Source: Bacteriovoracaceae bacterium
GTDB lineage: Bacteria > Bdellovibrionota > Bacteriovoracia > Bacteriovoracales > Bacteriovoracaceae
Length of the DNA: 64,000 nucleotides
NCBI GenBank assembly: GCA_018649885.1
Contig: JABIHA010000084.1
Coordinates: 1-64,000, forward strand
Direction: 5' to 3'
The notes beneath the pieces were generated by a model that made no database searches, was not told the origin of the DNA, and saw only the letters and a list, made by a program, of their open reading frames with translations. The position numbers and the translations under genes are program-made. Position 1 is the first letter of the stretch. Each line of letters opens with the position of its first letter. This document shows positions 37,631 to 47,766 of the stretch, in pieces.

Positions 37631-39007
37631 ATGTGGGACATTCTTTTATTAACGCTCATTGTTATAAATAGCGCCTATGGTGCTAATCATTTCTGCAGAA
37701 GTCCGCTGGCCACAGAGGTGTTGGGAAATGGGGCTAGAGTGACTTCAGCGGCTCGGCCATCTGCCGGTAGAGCTTCACTTATCTCAAGTGCTAGAGGCTA
37801 TGCAGATGGCAACCTCGCCTCACACCTAATGAAAGACGACTCGCTTTGCTCTTCAGTTATTGATGTTCATGACATTGCTAGGAGAACGTTAGCTGAGCAA
37901 AATCTAGCTCGGATTCTAGTAGAGTCAAATTCAGCCAGCCGGTTTAATGCCATAAAAAATTTCCCCATAGAAAGGATAATGGCAGCACCTGGACATTCCA
38001 TGCTTAGAAGTCCTGAAAAGGTGCTGGGACTTTCCGATTATATTGCTGGAACTGCACGGGCCAGCTTTAGCGAAGACAAATTAATTTTGAATATCATCAC
38101 TGATGAAAGTGGCAATATTAAATTCGTTGATGGATGGAATGGCCACCATAGGCTAGTGGCCTATTTAAAGGCCGGGAAGAGTAGAGTTTCCGATATTTTA
38201 GAAGAAAATTTAACTATTTTAGTAAATGGTAAAACTACTGAAGACGATGTTTGGAAGCATTGGGTGCCAGCACATGGAGTAGATTTAAATACTCTCTTAG
38301 GCTACACAAGGGCACAAGGCGCGGACTTTGCGACACTTTCAGTTTCAGGTGAGCTTTCAAACTTTGCCATGGGTGCCAGAACTACAGTTGCTGGTCTTTT
38401 ACGAAATACACTTGGAAGGGTAAGGCCGAAAATTGGCGTCTTCTTTGGCTCTTTTGATCCACCACATCTTGGGCATATGGAAACAGCTTCAGCTGCGATG
38501 GAAAAGTTTGGACTAGACCGTGTGGTTTTTATTCCCAATAGAATGCCACTTCATAAACCCAATATAACAAATATAGGGACGAGACTTGAAATGCTGGGAG
38601 ATCTCATTGGTCCTAGTGAGCGGCTAAATCTCTACATAGGAGACAATAGTAAATTGGTAACAGAGATGGGGAATGAATCTCTTTTGAGACGAATTGGTCA
38701 GCTCTATGGAACTAATAATATATTTCAAATTCAAGGCTCTGATGCCATGGGAAAGCTAATGGGTCTACGGCAAGTAAATCCAGAGGGCTATAGTAAATAT
38801 TTAGTACTGCCAAGAGATCAGGCTTCAAGAAGCTTTTTTATTCCTGAAAATTTAAGACAGGCCATTTTTTATATAGATGATTTAGTTCCACATGCTACAA
38901 GTTCATCAAAAATTAGGGCATGGATTAAAGAGGGAAGTCAGCTGGCAAAGCGATTCCTTGACCCTGCGACTTACCGCTATATAACCGAAAGGCAAATGTA
39001 TCGCTAG
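37631..39007 (+). CDS. Signal peptide + ParB/Srx-like region + NadD-like nucleotidyltransferase
   Basis: VDGWNGHHRLVAY; GSFDPPHLGH, P.HK, GSD, SSSKIR, YI....MY. Confidence 0.75.
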   Translation: MWDILLLTLIVINSAYGANHFCRSPLATEVLGNGARVTSAARPSAGRASLISSARGYADGNLASHLMKDDSLCSSVIDVHDIARRTLAEQNLARILVESNSASRFNAIKNFPIERIMAAPGHSMLRSPEKVLGLSDYIAGTARASFSEDKLILNIITDESGNIKFVDGWNGHHRLVAYLKAGKSRVSDILEENLTILVNGKTTEDDVWKHWVPAHGVDLNTLLGYTRAQGADFATLSVSGELSNFAMGARTTVAGLLRNTLGRVRPKIGVFFGSFDPPHLGHMETASAAMEKFGLDRVVFIPNRMPLHKPNITNIGTRLEMLGDLIGPSERLNLYIGDNSKLVTEMGNESLLRRIGQLYGTNNIFQIQGSDAMGKLMGLRQVNPEGYSKYLVLPRDQASRSFFIPENLRQAIFYIDDLVPHATSSSKIRAWIKEGSQLAKRFLDPATYRYITERQMYR

Positions 39008-39038
39008 CTGCTGTGGATGCTAGACAAAGCATCTATAG

Positions 39039-39821
39039 GTGAATAGATTTTTAGCTATGAAAAATTGTATTTATTTCTCCATTTTCATCTTCATTTTCGC
39101 CGTGCTGCCTTCCAGCTCTAAAGCTATGGGTATTTTCTCAATGAACTTGCACTGTTTATTTGATAGCTGGGAAACGAGGCTTGGCAATATTTTAGACAAG
39201 GCAATTGAACTCGATTCCGAAATATTAAATTTTCAAGAAGTGTGCGTAGATGATGACAATGATATGTCTGTATTCATTGCAGACTACTTGAGAAAAAAAA
39301 CAAAGAAGCACTGGGAAATTGAAAAAGTCTTCACTCACAAATCGTGGGGGAAATACGACGAATATATTTTAATGGCCACTACAAAGCCAGTTGAGAAAAC
39401 TGTAATGGGAAGTCTTCCATACTCACCCCTTAGAAGATCTTTTCTCGCAATGAAAATTAATGGAACCTTCTATATCAATATTCATCTAGAGCATAAAGCT
39501 GATTACCATCGTTATCGAGTTCAGCAAATTAAGTTTTTAGTTGGCAGCTTTAAGGGAACAAAACATCTTTTTATGGGTGATTTTAACTCCTCTCCAAAGG
39601 ACTATGAGCAGAAAAAGTTCTATGCCCATGGATACCAGGAGTACTTTCCAGGAAAAAGCTATCCAAGCTCTAATCCTCGAAAGGCGATAGACGGGGTATG
39701 GCTGTCTAAGAATTTTTTTAAAGCAAAGAAAGACTTTCCAGATCACGCTAAATTAGTATTAGCAAAACCCATCAAAGGGCTACAATCAAGTGATCACCTC
39801 GGTTTATTTATCGATCTTTAA
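39039..39821 (+). CDS. Secreted endonuclease/exonuclease/phosphatase family protein
   Basis: SMN, FQE, NIHL, GDFN, ID, SDH. Confidence 0.9.
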   Translation: MNRFLAMKNCIYFSIFIFIFAVLPSSSKAMGIFSMNLHCLFDSWETRLGNILDKAIELDSEILNFQEVCVDDDNDMSVFIADYLRKKTKKHWEIEKVFTHKSWGKYDEYILMATTKPVEKTVMGSLPYSPLRRSFLAMKINGTFYINIHLEHKADYHRYRVQQIKFLVGSFKGTKHLFMGDFNSSPKDYEQKKFYAHGYQEYFPGKSYPSSNPRKAIDGVWLSKNFFKAKKDFPDHAKLVLAKPIKGLQSSDHLGLFIDL

Positions 39822-39823
39822 AT

Positions 39824-40885
39824 TTAGAAATGTTTGATAAACTTCCAAGTCATTTCAGAAGTTTCTTTAACAATGCTAGGTATACGTGACTTTGATGGAT
39901 ACTTGCTGGTAGTAAGCTCAATTCCAAGTGCCAATGATTTAGTTTTCCAGTAGTAGTAATCAGCACTAGAGCCCTTGGCCACATAAATAATTTTTGAGAT
40001 TTGACCGTAACGATATCCGTTAGATTTCGCCATATCTTTTGTCAGGTTTTGAAACTCTACACTGTCGTGAGATTCAACTTTTCCTCTAGTATAGGCCCAG
40101 GGATACATAATTAGTTTTCCATGAGCATGAAAATCAATTGATCCACTAAATTTAATTTTTTCGTAAAATTTAATAATTGATGTAACACATGAAAGAGTAG
40201 AGACATGACCAGACTTTCCAGGCCATGGGTACTGCCTATTAGGGTCTATGCCACTGGCATACCTTGAGCGCCTAGCAAATCCGTCAGGGTTGATATTAAA
40301 AATAATATACAGCTCTTTAGTGTTCACCATATCAGTAAACTTTAAATCACTTTTGTAGCCTGCGAGTATTTGCTTGGTGAGCTCCATCAAGACTTCAACG
40401 GTAATGAGCTCATCTCCATGGGTCGCAGCTGTAAGGAGAACTTTTGGCTCAGCCTCATCAGTAGCAACATTGTCGGAAATTTTAAGTGCTAGAAGCTCCC
40501 TGCCTTTGTTTGATTTTCCGTATTTAATAACCTTGGCGAGACCGGGATAGGACTTTTCAAGATCATAGGTCATATCCTTTATTTGCTGATAGCTGTGGTA
40601 GCCACTCCTCAGTAGCTGCGACGGGGAATGTAGTTTGGCATTTATGTCTTGTTCCAAAATCACTGCACCGGGAGCTAAAGACTTAAATTTGTTAATTTTT
40701 TGTTGAAGAACATAAACAGTGTAGAAGCCGTCACTGCGGTCGACTATTTCAAATTCTTCCGCAATTTTATCAATGACTTTATTGTTTACTGGAACCTTAA
40801 AGCTTGCGATAATCTCCGCTGAAAAAGAGTGAATGGGCAAAAGTAGAATTAAAAAAATAACAAGATTTCTGACAAATATGCTCAC
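39824..40885 (-). CDS. Secreted M14 zinc carboxypeptidase
   Basis: HGDE, NPDG, DPNRQY, DFHAHG, IEL. Confidence 0.92.
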   Translation of the reverse strand: MSIFVRNLVIFLILLLPIHSFSAEIIASFKVPVNNKVIDKIAEEFEIVDRSDGFYTVYVLQQKINKFKSLAPGAVILEQDINAKLHSPSQLLRSGYHSYQQIKDMTYDLEKSYPGLAKVIKYGKSNKGRELLALKISDNVATDEAEPKVLLTAATHGDELITVEVLMELTKQILAGYKSDLKFTDMVNTKELYIIFNINPDGFARRSRYASGIDPNRQYPWPGKSGHVSTLSCVTSIIKFYEKIKFSGSIDFHAHGKLIMYPWAYTRGKVESHDSVEFQNLTKDMAKSNGYRYGQISKIIYVAKGSSADYYYWKTKSLALGIELTTSKYPSKSRIPSIVKETSEMTWKFIKHF

Positions 40886-40986
40886 TTAACAAATCCTTTA
40901 TTTGACGCTTTCCTGGATTTTAATGATGAATTGGGGTGTCTGTCCACAAGTGTCATTTTTTTAAAGAATATAACCAAGGTAAAGAT

Positions 40987-42414
40987 ATGAAACAAGAGTT
41001 ATTAAAAGCTTTAAGTACTATAAAAGGCGAGGGTGACTGGGTTGCTCTTAGGCATGTAAGGGAAAAAGGCCACTATTTCATGGCCCGTGATGCCAGACTT
41101 GATAATACCACTATGTGGAATGATGCTGGCGTTATGGTCGAAGTGATGATTAATGGCCAAATTGGATACGCCGCCACCCCTGATTTATCTACCACCAGTT
41201 TGCACGCAGCTGCCAAAAGAGCGAGAGAACAGGCATTTGCAGCATCAAAAAGAGGTGTTTTTACTTTTGATCAATCTGTTAGACCTCCAAATAAAGGCAG
41301 TTATAGAACGCCTGTGGAAAAGCCATTTGCAGATGCAGACTTGGCTAAGCTAACTGAAGTTCTGATCAAAGGGACAGAAAAGTTAAAGTCTAACTCGTCG
41401 ATAATTTCTACAAATGCCATGGCCATGAATTATGATATTGATATGGTCTACGTCAGCTCAAATGGAGCCGAAATTGAGCAGAGCTTATCTCAAATTTGTC
41501 TTGAGTCTCTTGCTACTGCTTCAAAAGACGGGGAGACACAAACGCGCTCAAATGGTTTCATCTCTAAACAAATGGGTCTTGAGCTTTTAAATGAAAATGA
41601 ATTCTACACAGATTGCACAAGGGTGGGAGAAGAGGCCTACGAATTGTTGTCAGCAGAAAATTGTCCAAGTGGGACAATGGATCTTTTGATGGCACCCAAT
41701 CAATTATATTTGCAAATTCATGAATCGATTGGTCACCCTCTCGAACTAGACCGAATTTTAGGTGATGAGAGAAATTATGCTGGATGGAGTTTTATTAACC
41801 CAGAAGATTTCGGAACACTTCAATATGGTAGCAAGCTTTTAAATGTTACTTTTGATCCCACACTAAAAAGTGAGATGGCTTGCTATAATTTTGATGATGG
41901 TGGCGCTAAGGCTGAAAAAGAATTTTTAATTAAAGACGGTCTTCTTGTAAGAGGTCTTGGAGCTCTTGAGTCTCAAAAACGATCTGATATTCCAGGAGTT
42001 TCAAATTTCAGGGCTTCCCATTGGAATCGTCCTCCAACTGATAGAATGGCCAATCTCAATATTGAGGCTGGCACAAGTAGCTTAGAGGAAATGATTAGTG
42101 GTGTAGAAAAAGGTGTTTTTATGAACACCAATAGATCTTGGTCCATTGATGATTATAGAAATAAATTTCAGTTTGGCTGTGAATACGCCCAAATGATTGA
42201 AAATGGAAAAATTACCAAGACACTTAAAAATCCAAACTACAGAGGTGTCACCACTCCATTTTGGAATAATTTAAAAATGGTTGGCGACAAATCAACTTTT
42301 GAAATTTGGGGTTCCCCTTATTGCGGTAAAGCAGAACCCAACCAAGTAATAAGAGTTGGACACGCTTGCCCAACATGCTTATTTGAAAACATTGAAATTT
42401 TCGGAGGACAATAA
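40987..42414 (+). CDS. tldD: TldD metalloprotease
   Basis: IHESIGHPLELDR, DDGG, RMAN, CGK. ATG 40987 preferred (track start 40936). Confidence 0.9.
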   Translation: MKQELLKALSTIKGEGDWVALRHVREKGHYFMARDARLDNTTMWNDAGVMVEVMINGQIGYAATPDLSTTSLHAAAKRAREQAFAASKRGVFTFDQSVRPPNKGSYRTPVEKPFADADLAKLTEVLIKGTEKLKSNSSIISTNAMAMNYDIDMVYVSSNGAEIEQSLSQICLESLATASKDGETQTRSNGFISKQMGLELLNENEFYTDCTRVGEEAYELLSAENCPSGTMDLLMAPNQLYLQIHESIGHPLELDRILGDERNYAGWSFINPEDFGTLQYGSKLLNVTFDPTLKSEMACYNFDDGGAKAEKEFLIKDGLLVRGLGALESQKRSDIPGVSNFRASHWNRPPTDRMANLNIEAGTSSLEEMISGVEKGVFMNTNRSWSIDDYRNKFQFGCEYAQMIENGKITKTLKNPNYRGVTTPFWNNLKMVGDKSTFEIWGSPYCGKAEPNQVIRVGHACPTCLFENIEIFGGQ

Positions 42415-42416
42415 AA

Positions 42417-43757
42417 ATGACTACTATGAAAAAGCATGAAGAAAATTTCTATAAATTCTCGGATGATTTGTATTCAAGTCTATCTGAAGGGGAAGATCTA
42501 ACCCTTTCACTTCATTTGGAAGATACTTTTTTTGCAAGATTTAATCAGGCAAAGGTAAGACAAACCACTTCAGTGGTAGAAGGTGAGCTTGGTTTAAGCT
42601 TTGTTCGTGGAAAAAAGAAAATTGAGTACAATGTTGGGTATACAGGCGATAGAGAGGTTGATCTTGCAGCTGCCACAGTGGCACTTAAAGAATGCCAAGC
42701 TCTTGCACCAAATTTAATGGATGATCCCTTCTGTCCGGATACTATTAATAATGGCACAAGTTCTGAAAACCATACGGCTACCCTACCAAGTCACGAATCA
42801 TCTATGGAGAAAGTTTTAACTCCTGCAAGTAGTTACGATTTGGCCGGCATTTACACCTCGGGCTGGGTTGTTAGAGCAAATACCAATTCCAAAGGGCAGA
42901 AACATTGGTTTAGCACTGAATCTTGTTCTATGGATTATTCTCTTTATACGGCCAAGCAAAGAGCTGTTAAAGGAATGTATGCTACAACAAACTGGTCTGA
43001 TGAAGAATATCAGCAAAATATTTCCGGACAACTGGCTCAGCTTGAATTAATGGACCGAGAGAAAAAAATTGTACCAAGAGGAAAGTACCGGGTTTACCTA
43101 TCCCCTGGTGCTGTAAGTGAAATTGTAGGAATCATCAACTGGCAAGGCCTAAGCTACAGCTGCTTCAAGCAGGGAAGATCTGCATTCAAAAAAATGTCTG
43201 ATGAAAATCTGAAGCTATCTGAGAAGTTTTCTCTATCAGAAGATTTTTCACTGGGTATGACCGCGCGTTTTAATAATCTAGGAGAGCAGGCTCCCGAAAG
43301 ACTTGCTTTAATTGACCAGGGTGTGCTTGAAAATTATCTCGTAAGCTCTAAGGCCAGTAAAGAATATGGTGTGGAATCAAACTTTGCTAATCAACAAGAA
43401 AGTATGAGATCTCCAAACATGTCCACAGGGGATCTTAAAAGAGAAGATATCTTAAAAGAAATTGGCACAGGCCTTTATCTTTCTAATCTTCACTACCTCA
43501 ACTGGAGTGATATCAGACACGGCCGAATAACAGGAATGACTCGTTTTGCCTGCTTTTGGGTAGAAGATGGCGAGATTATTTCTCCCATTCAAGATATGAG
43601 ATTTGATGAAAATATGTATCACTTTTTTGGAGATGGTCTTAAGAGAGTCACTGATTTTTCTGAGATCGCACCAAATACAAGTACATATGGTCATAGGTCC
43701 ATTGGAGGAATGAAAACTCCTGGTGTTATCGTAGACGATTTTTCTTTTACTCTATAA
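42417..43757 (+). CDS. TldE/PmbA-like subunit
   Basis: RFNQAKVRQ, LHYLN.SD, TGMTR; no HEXXXH; directly follows tldD. Confidence 0.88.
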   Translation: MTTMKKHEENFYKFSDDLYSSLSEGEDLTLSLHLEDTFFARFNQAKVRQTTSVVEGELGLSFVRGKKKIEYNVGYTGDREVDLAAATVALKECQALAPNLMDDPFCPDTINNGTSSENHTATLPSHESSMEKVLTPASSYDLAGIYTSGWVVRANTNSKGQKHWFSTESCSMDYSLYTAKQRAVKGMYATTNWSDEEYQQNISGQLAQLELMDREKKIVPRGKYRVYLSPGAVSEIVGIINWQGLSYSCFKQGRSAFKKMSDENLKLSEKFSLSEDFSLGMTARFNNLGEQAPERLALIDQGVLENYLVSSKASKEYGVESNFANQQESMRSPNMSTGDLKREDILKEIGTGLYLSNLHYLNWSDIRHGRITGMTRFACFWVEDGEIISPIQDMRFDENMYHFFGDGLKRVTDFSEIAPNTSTYGHRSIGGMKTPGVIVDDFSFTL

Positions 43758-43894
43758 AAAATGAGAAGGGCACATGGATTGTGCCTCTAACTCATTGAAA
43801 ACCAATGTATTTTTAAGTGTCTAAATAATAGTCACCACCTTCGATTTTACACTCGCTATCTCATGAATATCAGGACTCCTCTATAATAAAATCT

Positions 43895-44896
43895 ATGGAG
43901 TATGAAATGAACAAGATATTTTTTAAAAAAATCAATCAGGTGCTAATAATTTTAGCATTACTACTTAATTGTCAGTTTTTGCTTGCTGACGATCAAGTTG
44001 AGATAGCTGCAGAAGGGTCTGTCGGGACCATTACCGAAGAAGTAGCTGAGCCAGTTGCAAATGAAGTTGAACCACCAGCTGTTGTTGCACCTATTGAAAC
44101 CACTATTGAAGAAGTAATAGAGGCTCAAATTCTTCCCGCGCTAATGGATACAGAAGAAGTAAAGCGCGCTTTGGAAAGTGAAGGTGGCGGTGATTTAGAA
44201 ATTGAATTCCATATTGGAGCCCCTGCCGAGGAAGTTGAAATACAAAATGATACACCTGTCACTACCATTGAGTCGAGTACTGAACCAGTAGAAGAACCCA
44301 AGAAAGCTGTTAGTTTTTCTGAGTGGCAACACCAAAAAAGAAGAACAACTGTTGGGTTTGGGATACCTATAGGATTAACAGGCATAGGACTTGAACTTCA
44401 TTTGACCCCCAAAATTTTGATTGGGACTCCCATAACATTTTCAATAAGAGGTACCACTACTGGATTTACTTATACTGTGGGCGCCCAAATTCAAGTAAAT
44501 ATCTTGGGAACTTTTGGTATAAAAACACCGATTGATATTACAGGTCATGTAGGTCTTTCAAGGACAGCTCCAACAGGACTTCTTATAAATGATTTGAGTG
44601 AAGATGATCTCACTGTATTTGATGACCTAATGGTAAACCCTAATTTTGTAAGTTGGAATTTAAACTATGGTTTAGGACTCGAGTACAAAGGTATAATGGG
44701 AAATGGTATTTATCTTAAAATAGGGCTAACTGATATGTTAAATACTCATCAGGTGGTTGAGGGATCACAGGTTATTGAACTACATAGCTTAAGGCTCCCT
44801 ACAGCTGAAATAGGCTTTAGATTTTCCTTTGGTGGAAGAAAGCACAAAAAAGCTAGAAGAGAAGAAAGAAAGGCAAAGAGGAGGTCTAGAAAATGA
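43895..44896 (+). CDS. Hypothetical exported protein: acidic N-terminal region, beta-barrel-like C-terminal region, basic tail
   Basis: Signal peptide, E/P/V-rich stretch, alternating hydrophobic strands ending EIGFRFSF. Confidence 0.7.
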   Translation: MEYEMNKIFFKKINQVLIILALLLNCQFLLADDQVEIAAEGSVGTITEEVAEPVANEVEPPAVVAPIETTIEEVIEAQILPALMDTEEVKRALESEGGGDLEIEFHIGAPAEEVEIQNDTPVTTIESSTEPVEEPKKAVSFSEWQHQKRRTTVGFGIPIGLTGIGLELHLTPKILIGTPITFSIRGTTTGFTYTVGAQIQVNILGTFGIKTPIDITGHVGLSRTAPTGLLINDLSEDDLTVFDDLMVNPNFVSWNLNYGLGLEYKGIMGNGIYLKIGLTDMLNTHQVVEGSQVIELHSLRLPTAEIGFRFSFGGRKHKKARREERKAKRRSRK

Positions 44897-45834
44897 GAAC
44901 ACTTCTAAGGCACAGTATATTTATAGTATTTTTTCTGACACTTATAAGTTGTAAACCAAGTGATTGGAATATTTTGCAAGGTGGGTTTAATATCACAATT
45001 TCAACTCCTTTTATTGTGATCCCCAACAAGAATGATATAGGTATTGATGAAATACTTAGCAATAGCCAAATCGCTTCATATCAATCTCTAATTGATTTGT
45101 TGGGAGTAGAAAATTTAAATGAACAAGGACAAGCAGAGCTTAGAGAGTTGATTGCCATCGCTATTGAAAACCAGATAATTTCTGAAATTGAAAGTGAGCT
45201 CACTGAAGAATCTCTGATTAGTATTAGTAAGGTTGATACACTAGATATCGTCAATCAAATTGACTTAGGTGATATTGAGGGAAGTTTTGAAGATGCACTT
45301 ATAAATGGAAAAATTGTTGTCGAAGGGCAAATGATTGTAAAGGATATTGACGAATTATCTGAGAAAGTAGATGAAACAATTTTAACGGGGGTAAAGGAAG
45401 TTTATATAGAGGAAATTTCTCTGAGAACACTTACTGAGTCGGAAAAAGTTGACCTCGCACCTGATGAAGGCAAAGAGTTTACAAATCTTGCGTTTATTGA
45501 TGGTGATGAACAATATGAGGTTTGTAAAAGTGGTCAAAGTCAGATTAATTGGCTTAAAAACCTTGATATTGATTTTGAGTCTATTGATGGAGACATAACT
45601 CAGAATGCCTTGATTTTTGAGAATGACCAGAATTCCACTTGTGCAATTTCATTGATATTTAATGCAGATAATAATTTGAGAACTTTTATGGATGAAGGAG
45701 CTTATGCGAATTTTAAAATAGGGATCTCGCTTCCAAGTGAAAGAAGCACTCTTGCTGGCAGAATTGTCATGGGTCTAATTGGAGGTCTTAATTATGAGGA
45801 TGCCTCGTCTTTAATAATGGGTCTTTTTGAATAA
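44893..45834 (+). CDS. Acidic hypothetical lipoprotein
   Basis: LISC lipobox, ATGA overlap with the upstream gene. Confidence 0.75.
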   Translation: MRTLLRHSIFIVFFLTLISCKPSDWNILQGGFNITISTPFIVIPNKNDIGIDEILSNSQIASYQSLIDLLGVENLNEQGQAELRELIAIAIENQIISEIESELTEESLISISKVDTLDIVNQIDLGDIEGSFEDALINGKIVVEGQMIVKDIDELSEKVDETILTGVKEVYIEEISLRTLTESEKVDLAPDEGKEFTNLAFIDGDEQYEVCKSGQSQINWLKNLDIDFESIDGDITQNALIFENDQNSTCAISLIFNADNNLRTFMDEGAYANFKIGISLPSERSTLAGRIVMGLIGGLNYEDASSLIMGLFE

Positions 45835-47047
45835 TCGTTTTCGCCTATTGCTATTCATTTTTTGTCTTTCTTCAGTTTGTAATGCTGAGGTAGATATTAG
45901 GGGAGAGTTTGAACGCTTCTCTCCTGGATATAATAAGAATCGAAAAAAGCTGAAGAAATCTTTAAAAAAATATCTCAAAGCAATTCAGAAAAAAGAGAAA
46001 AAAGGTGAGGCCACGATTTGTGTTAAACAAGTCTATAATGAAGCTAAATGGTTTATTAGCTATACAGCTCTTCTAGGTGAGGCCCAAAAACGGCTAAATC
46101 GAATTGAAAAACTACTTGCTGGTCAGGAGAAAGACTCTTTTAAAGATGAGCAAAGCCCTGTTGATGGTAGTTGGGGCAGGTGCTATGAGCTTTGGTTTTT
46201 AAAGCTCGATGTTACAAGCAATCACATTGGAGATCTTCATCACCAAAAGAAACTGCCAAAGTACGCAGTGAAATTATTAGATAAGATAAATGGCCCAGCT
46301 CTTTTAAAGGCTGAACTTAATAGAATTTTGATTTCAGATATTAGAAAAGATGGAGTCTTTCATCGAAAAGAGTTAAATCTCGTTGTCTCTGCACTTTTGA
46401 GACTAATCACCAGATCAAGGCCTTCAAATTATTCTTATCACCCTAAATTGAAAAAAACTCTGTTAGATTTCATTAACCCTAGTTGGCAAGATGAGGAGAC
46501 TGGGTTTTGGGGAGCTTGGATTAAAAGTGGAGATAAACTAGAGAAACTTGGTGATTTAAGTATCACATTTCATATTGTCAGCTACCTAAAGGGCAAAGTT
46601 CCTAGGCTAGGTAGAATTGCTTGGAATACATACCAAATTAGAGACGATCCCTACCCCCTCGGATTAATAGAAGAGGGCACTTATATGAATCATCATAATT
46701 ATGATGCAGTTAGATTGTTCTCCTATGGTTGGCCTACTCTTGATGTAAATAAGAGAAAGCTTATATCTTCTGAGATTAATAAGATGCTAAATTGGTGTCT
46801 TGCGAGCTCTTTGCGTTCAGATGGATCATTCCCACTTACTCCATCAGAGGACTCACCCGCAGAGGCTTACTATTTTGGAGTTTCCTTTTTAAATGAAACA
46901 GGTTTTTTCCAGAAATCTAAAAGGTTTTGGACAGAAAAAGAGTTTCCACAATCGGCGAAAATTAAGAAATTAATCCTGAAGCAACTTCATAAATTAGAAA
47001 GTAGTGAGTTGTTTGTAAGGGACACCATCAAGATCTTAAATAAATAA
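45827..47047 (+). CDS. Hypothetical secreted protein (possible alpha/alpha toroid)
   Basis: Signal peptide; QW-like motifs QSPVDGSWG, WQDEETGFWG, LRSDGSF. Confidence 0.7.
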   Translation: MNNRFRLLLFIFCLSSVCNAEVDIRGEFERFSPGYNKNRKKLKKSLKKYLKAIQKKEKKGEATICVKQVYNEAKWFISYTALLGEAQKRLNRIEKLLAGQEKDSFKDEQSPVDGSWGRCYELWFLKLDVTSNHIGDLHHQKKLPKYAVKLLDKINGPALLKAELNRILISDIRKDGVFHRKELNLVVSALLRLITRSRPSNYSYHPKLKKTLLDFINPSWQDEETGFWGAWIKSGDKLEKLGDLSITFHIVSYLKGKVPRLGRIAWNTYQIRDDPYPLGLIEEGTYMNHHNYDAVRLFSYGWPTLDVNKRKLISSEINKMLNWCLASSLRSDGSFPLTPSEDSPAEAYYFGVSFLNETGFFQKSKRFWTEKEFPQSAKIKKLILKQLHKLESSELFVRDTIKILNK

Positions 47048-47170
47048 CGCAAAGCCTCCTCGTCCTCTATCAGCCACTTAGCGCTAATGTCCTACTTGTC
47101 ATACAAAAGTCTTGCTTGTCGGACATGGCGGTGCTATTTCTCTTTCACTTTATAAATTTGAGAGGAAAGT

Positions 47171-47449
47171 ATGAACTCAATTTTTAAACAAGGCACAATG
47201 GATGCCATTAGCATTACCACTGATTCAAATCCAGGAATCATTGTTTTAATGCTATCTCTTTTTTGCATTCTCATTTTGCTCGTTTTAATTCTCAAAGTTT
47301 TGTACAGCCTGAGAAGCTGGATCAAAGATCCCTACAACCATGACCACGTAATCAATAAATTATTAGAAGAAAATATCTTAAGAGTGCTAAGAGAAAAAAT
47401 ACTAGGCCTTAAAAAAAGAGAAAAACCTAGGCTTGAGCTAGTGGAGTAA
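47171..47449 (+). CDS. Small single-TM protein
   Basis: GAGGA RBS, one hydrophobic helix. Confidence 0.7.
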   Translation: MNSIFKQGTMDAISITTDSNPGIIVLMLSLFCILILLVLILKVLYSLRSWIKDPYNHDHVINKLLEENILRVLREKILGLKKREKPRLELVE

Positions 47450-47454
47450 ATACC

Positions 47455-47766
47455 GTGGAAAGAATATCGGCAAGAGTTACTAAAGAACACAAAGAGTTCA
47501 TGACAGAGATTGGAGACGGATCTATTTCTAATGGGATTAGAGTATTGATTGGAAACTACAATCCAAAGTCGACTCATGTGGGAGAAGTTCAAAAAATAAA
47601 AGAAATTGAAGATGAGATTAATTCACATCTTCGAGATGAGTACTTATTTACGAGTGACGACTCAAAAAAAGAACTCCATAAATTACTAGAAGAATTAAAC
47701 CAAAAGAAAAAGCAACTTGAAAAAGAGCAAGTATTGCGTATTCAACGAGGGATTAGAAACTCATGA
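47455..47766 (+). CDS. Ribbon-helix-helix-like DNA-binding protein with coiled coil
   Basis: MERISARVT..HKEFM.....SISNGIRVLI pattern; GGAG RBS plus GTG. Confidence 0.6.
   Translation: MERISARVTKEHKEFMTEIGDGSISNGIRVLIGNYNPKSTHVGEVQKIKEIEDEINSHLRDEYLFTSDDSKKELHKLLEELNQKKKQLEKEQVLRIQRGIRNS

Noticed and set aside
40987..43757. tldD/tldE as part of a RiPP cluster
   Set aside because: No precursor peptide, YcaO or transporter adjacent; it looks like the ordinary standalone pair.
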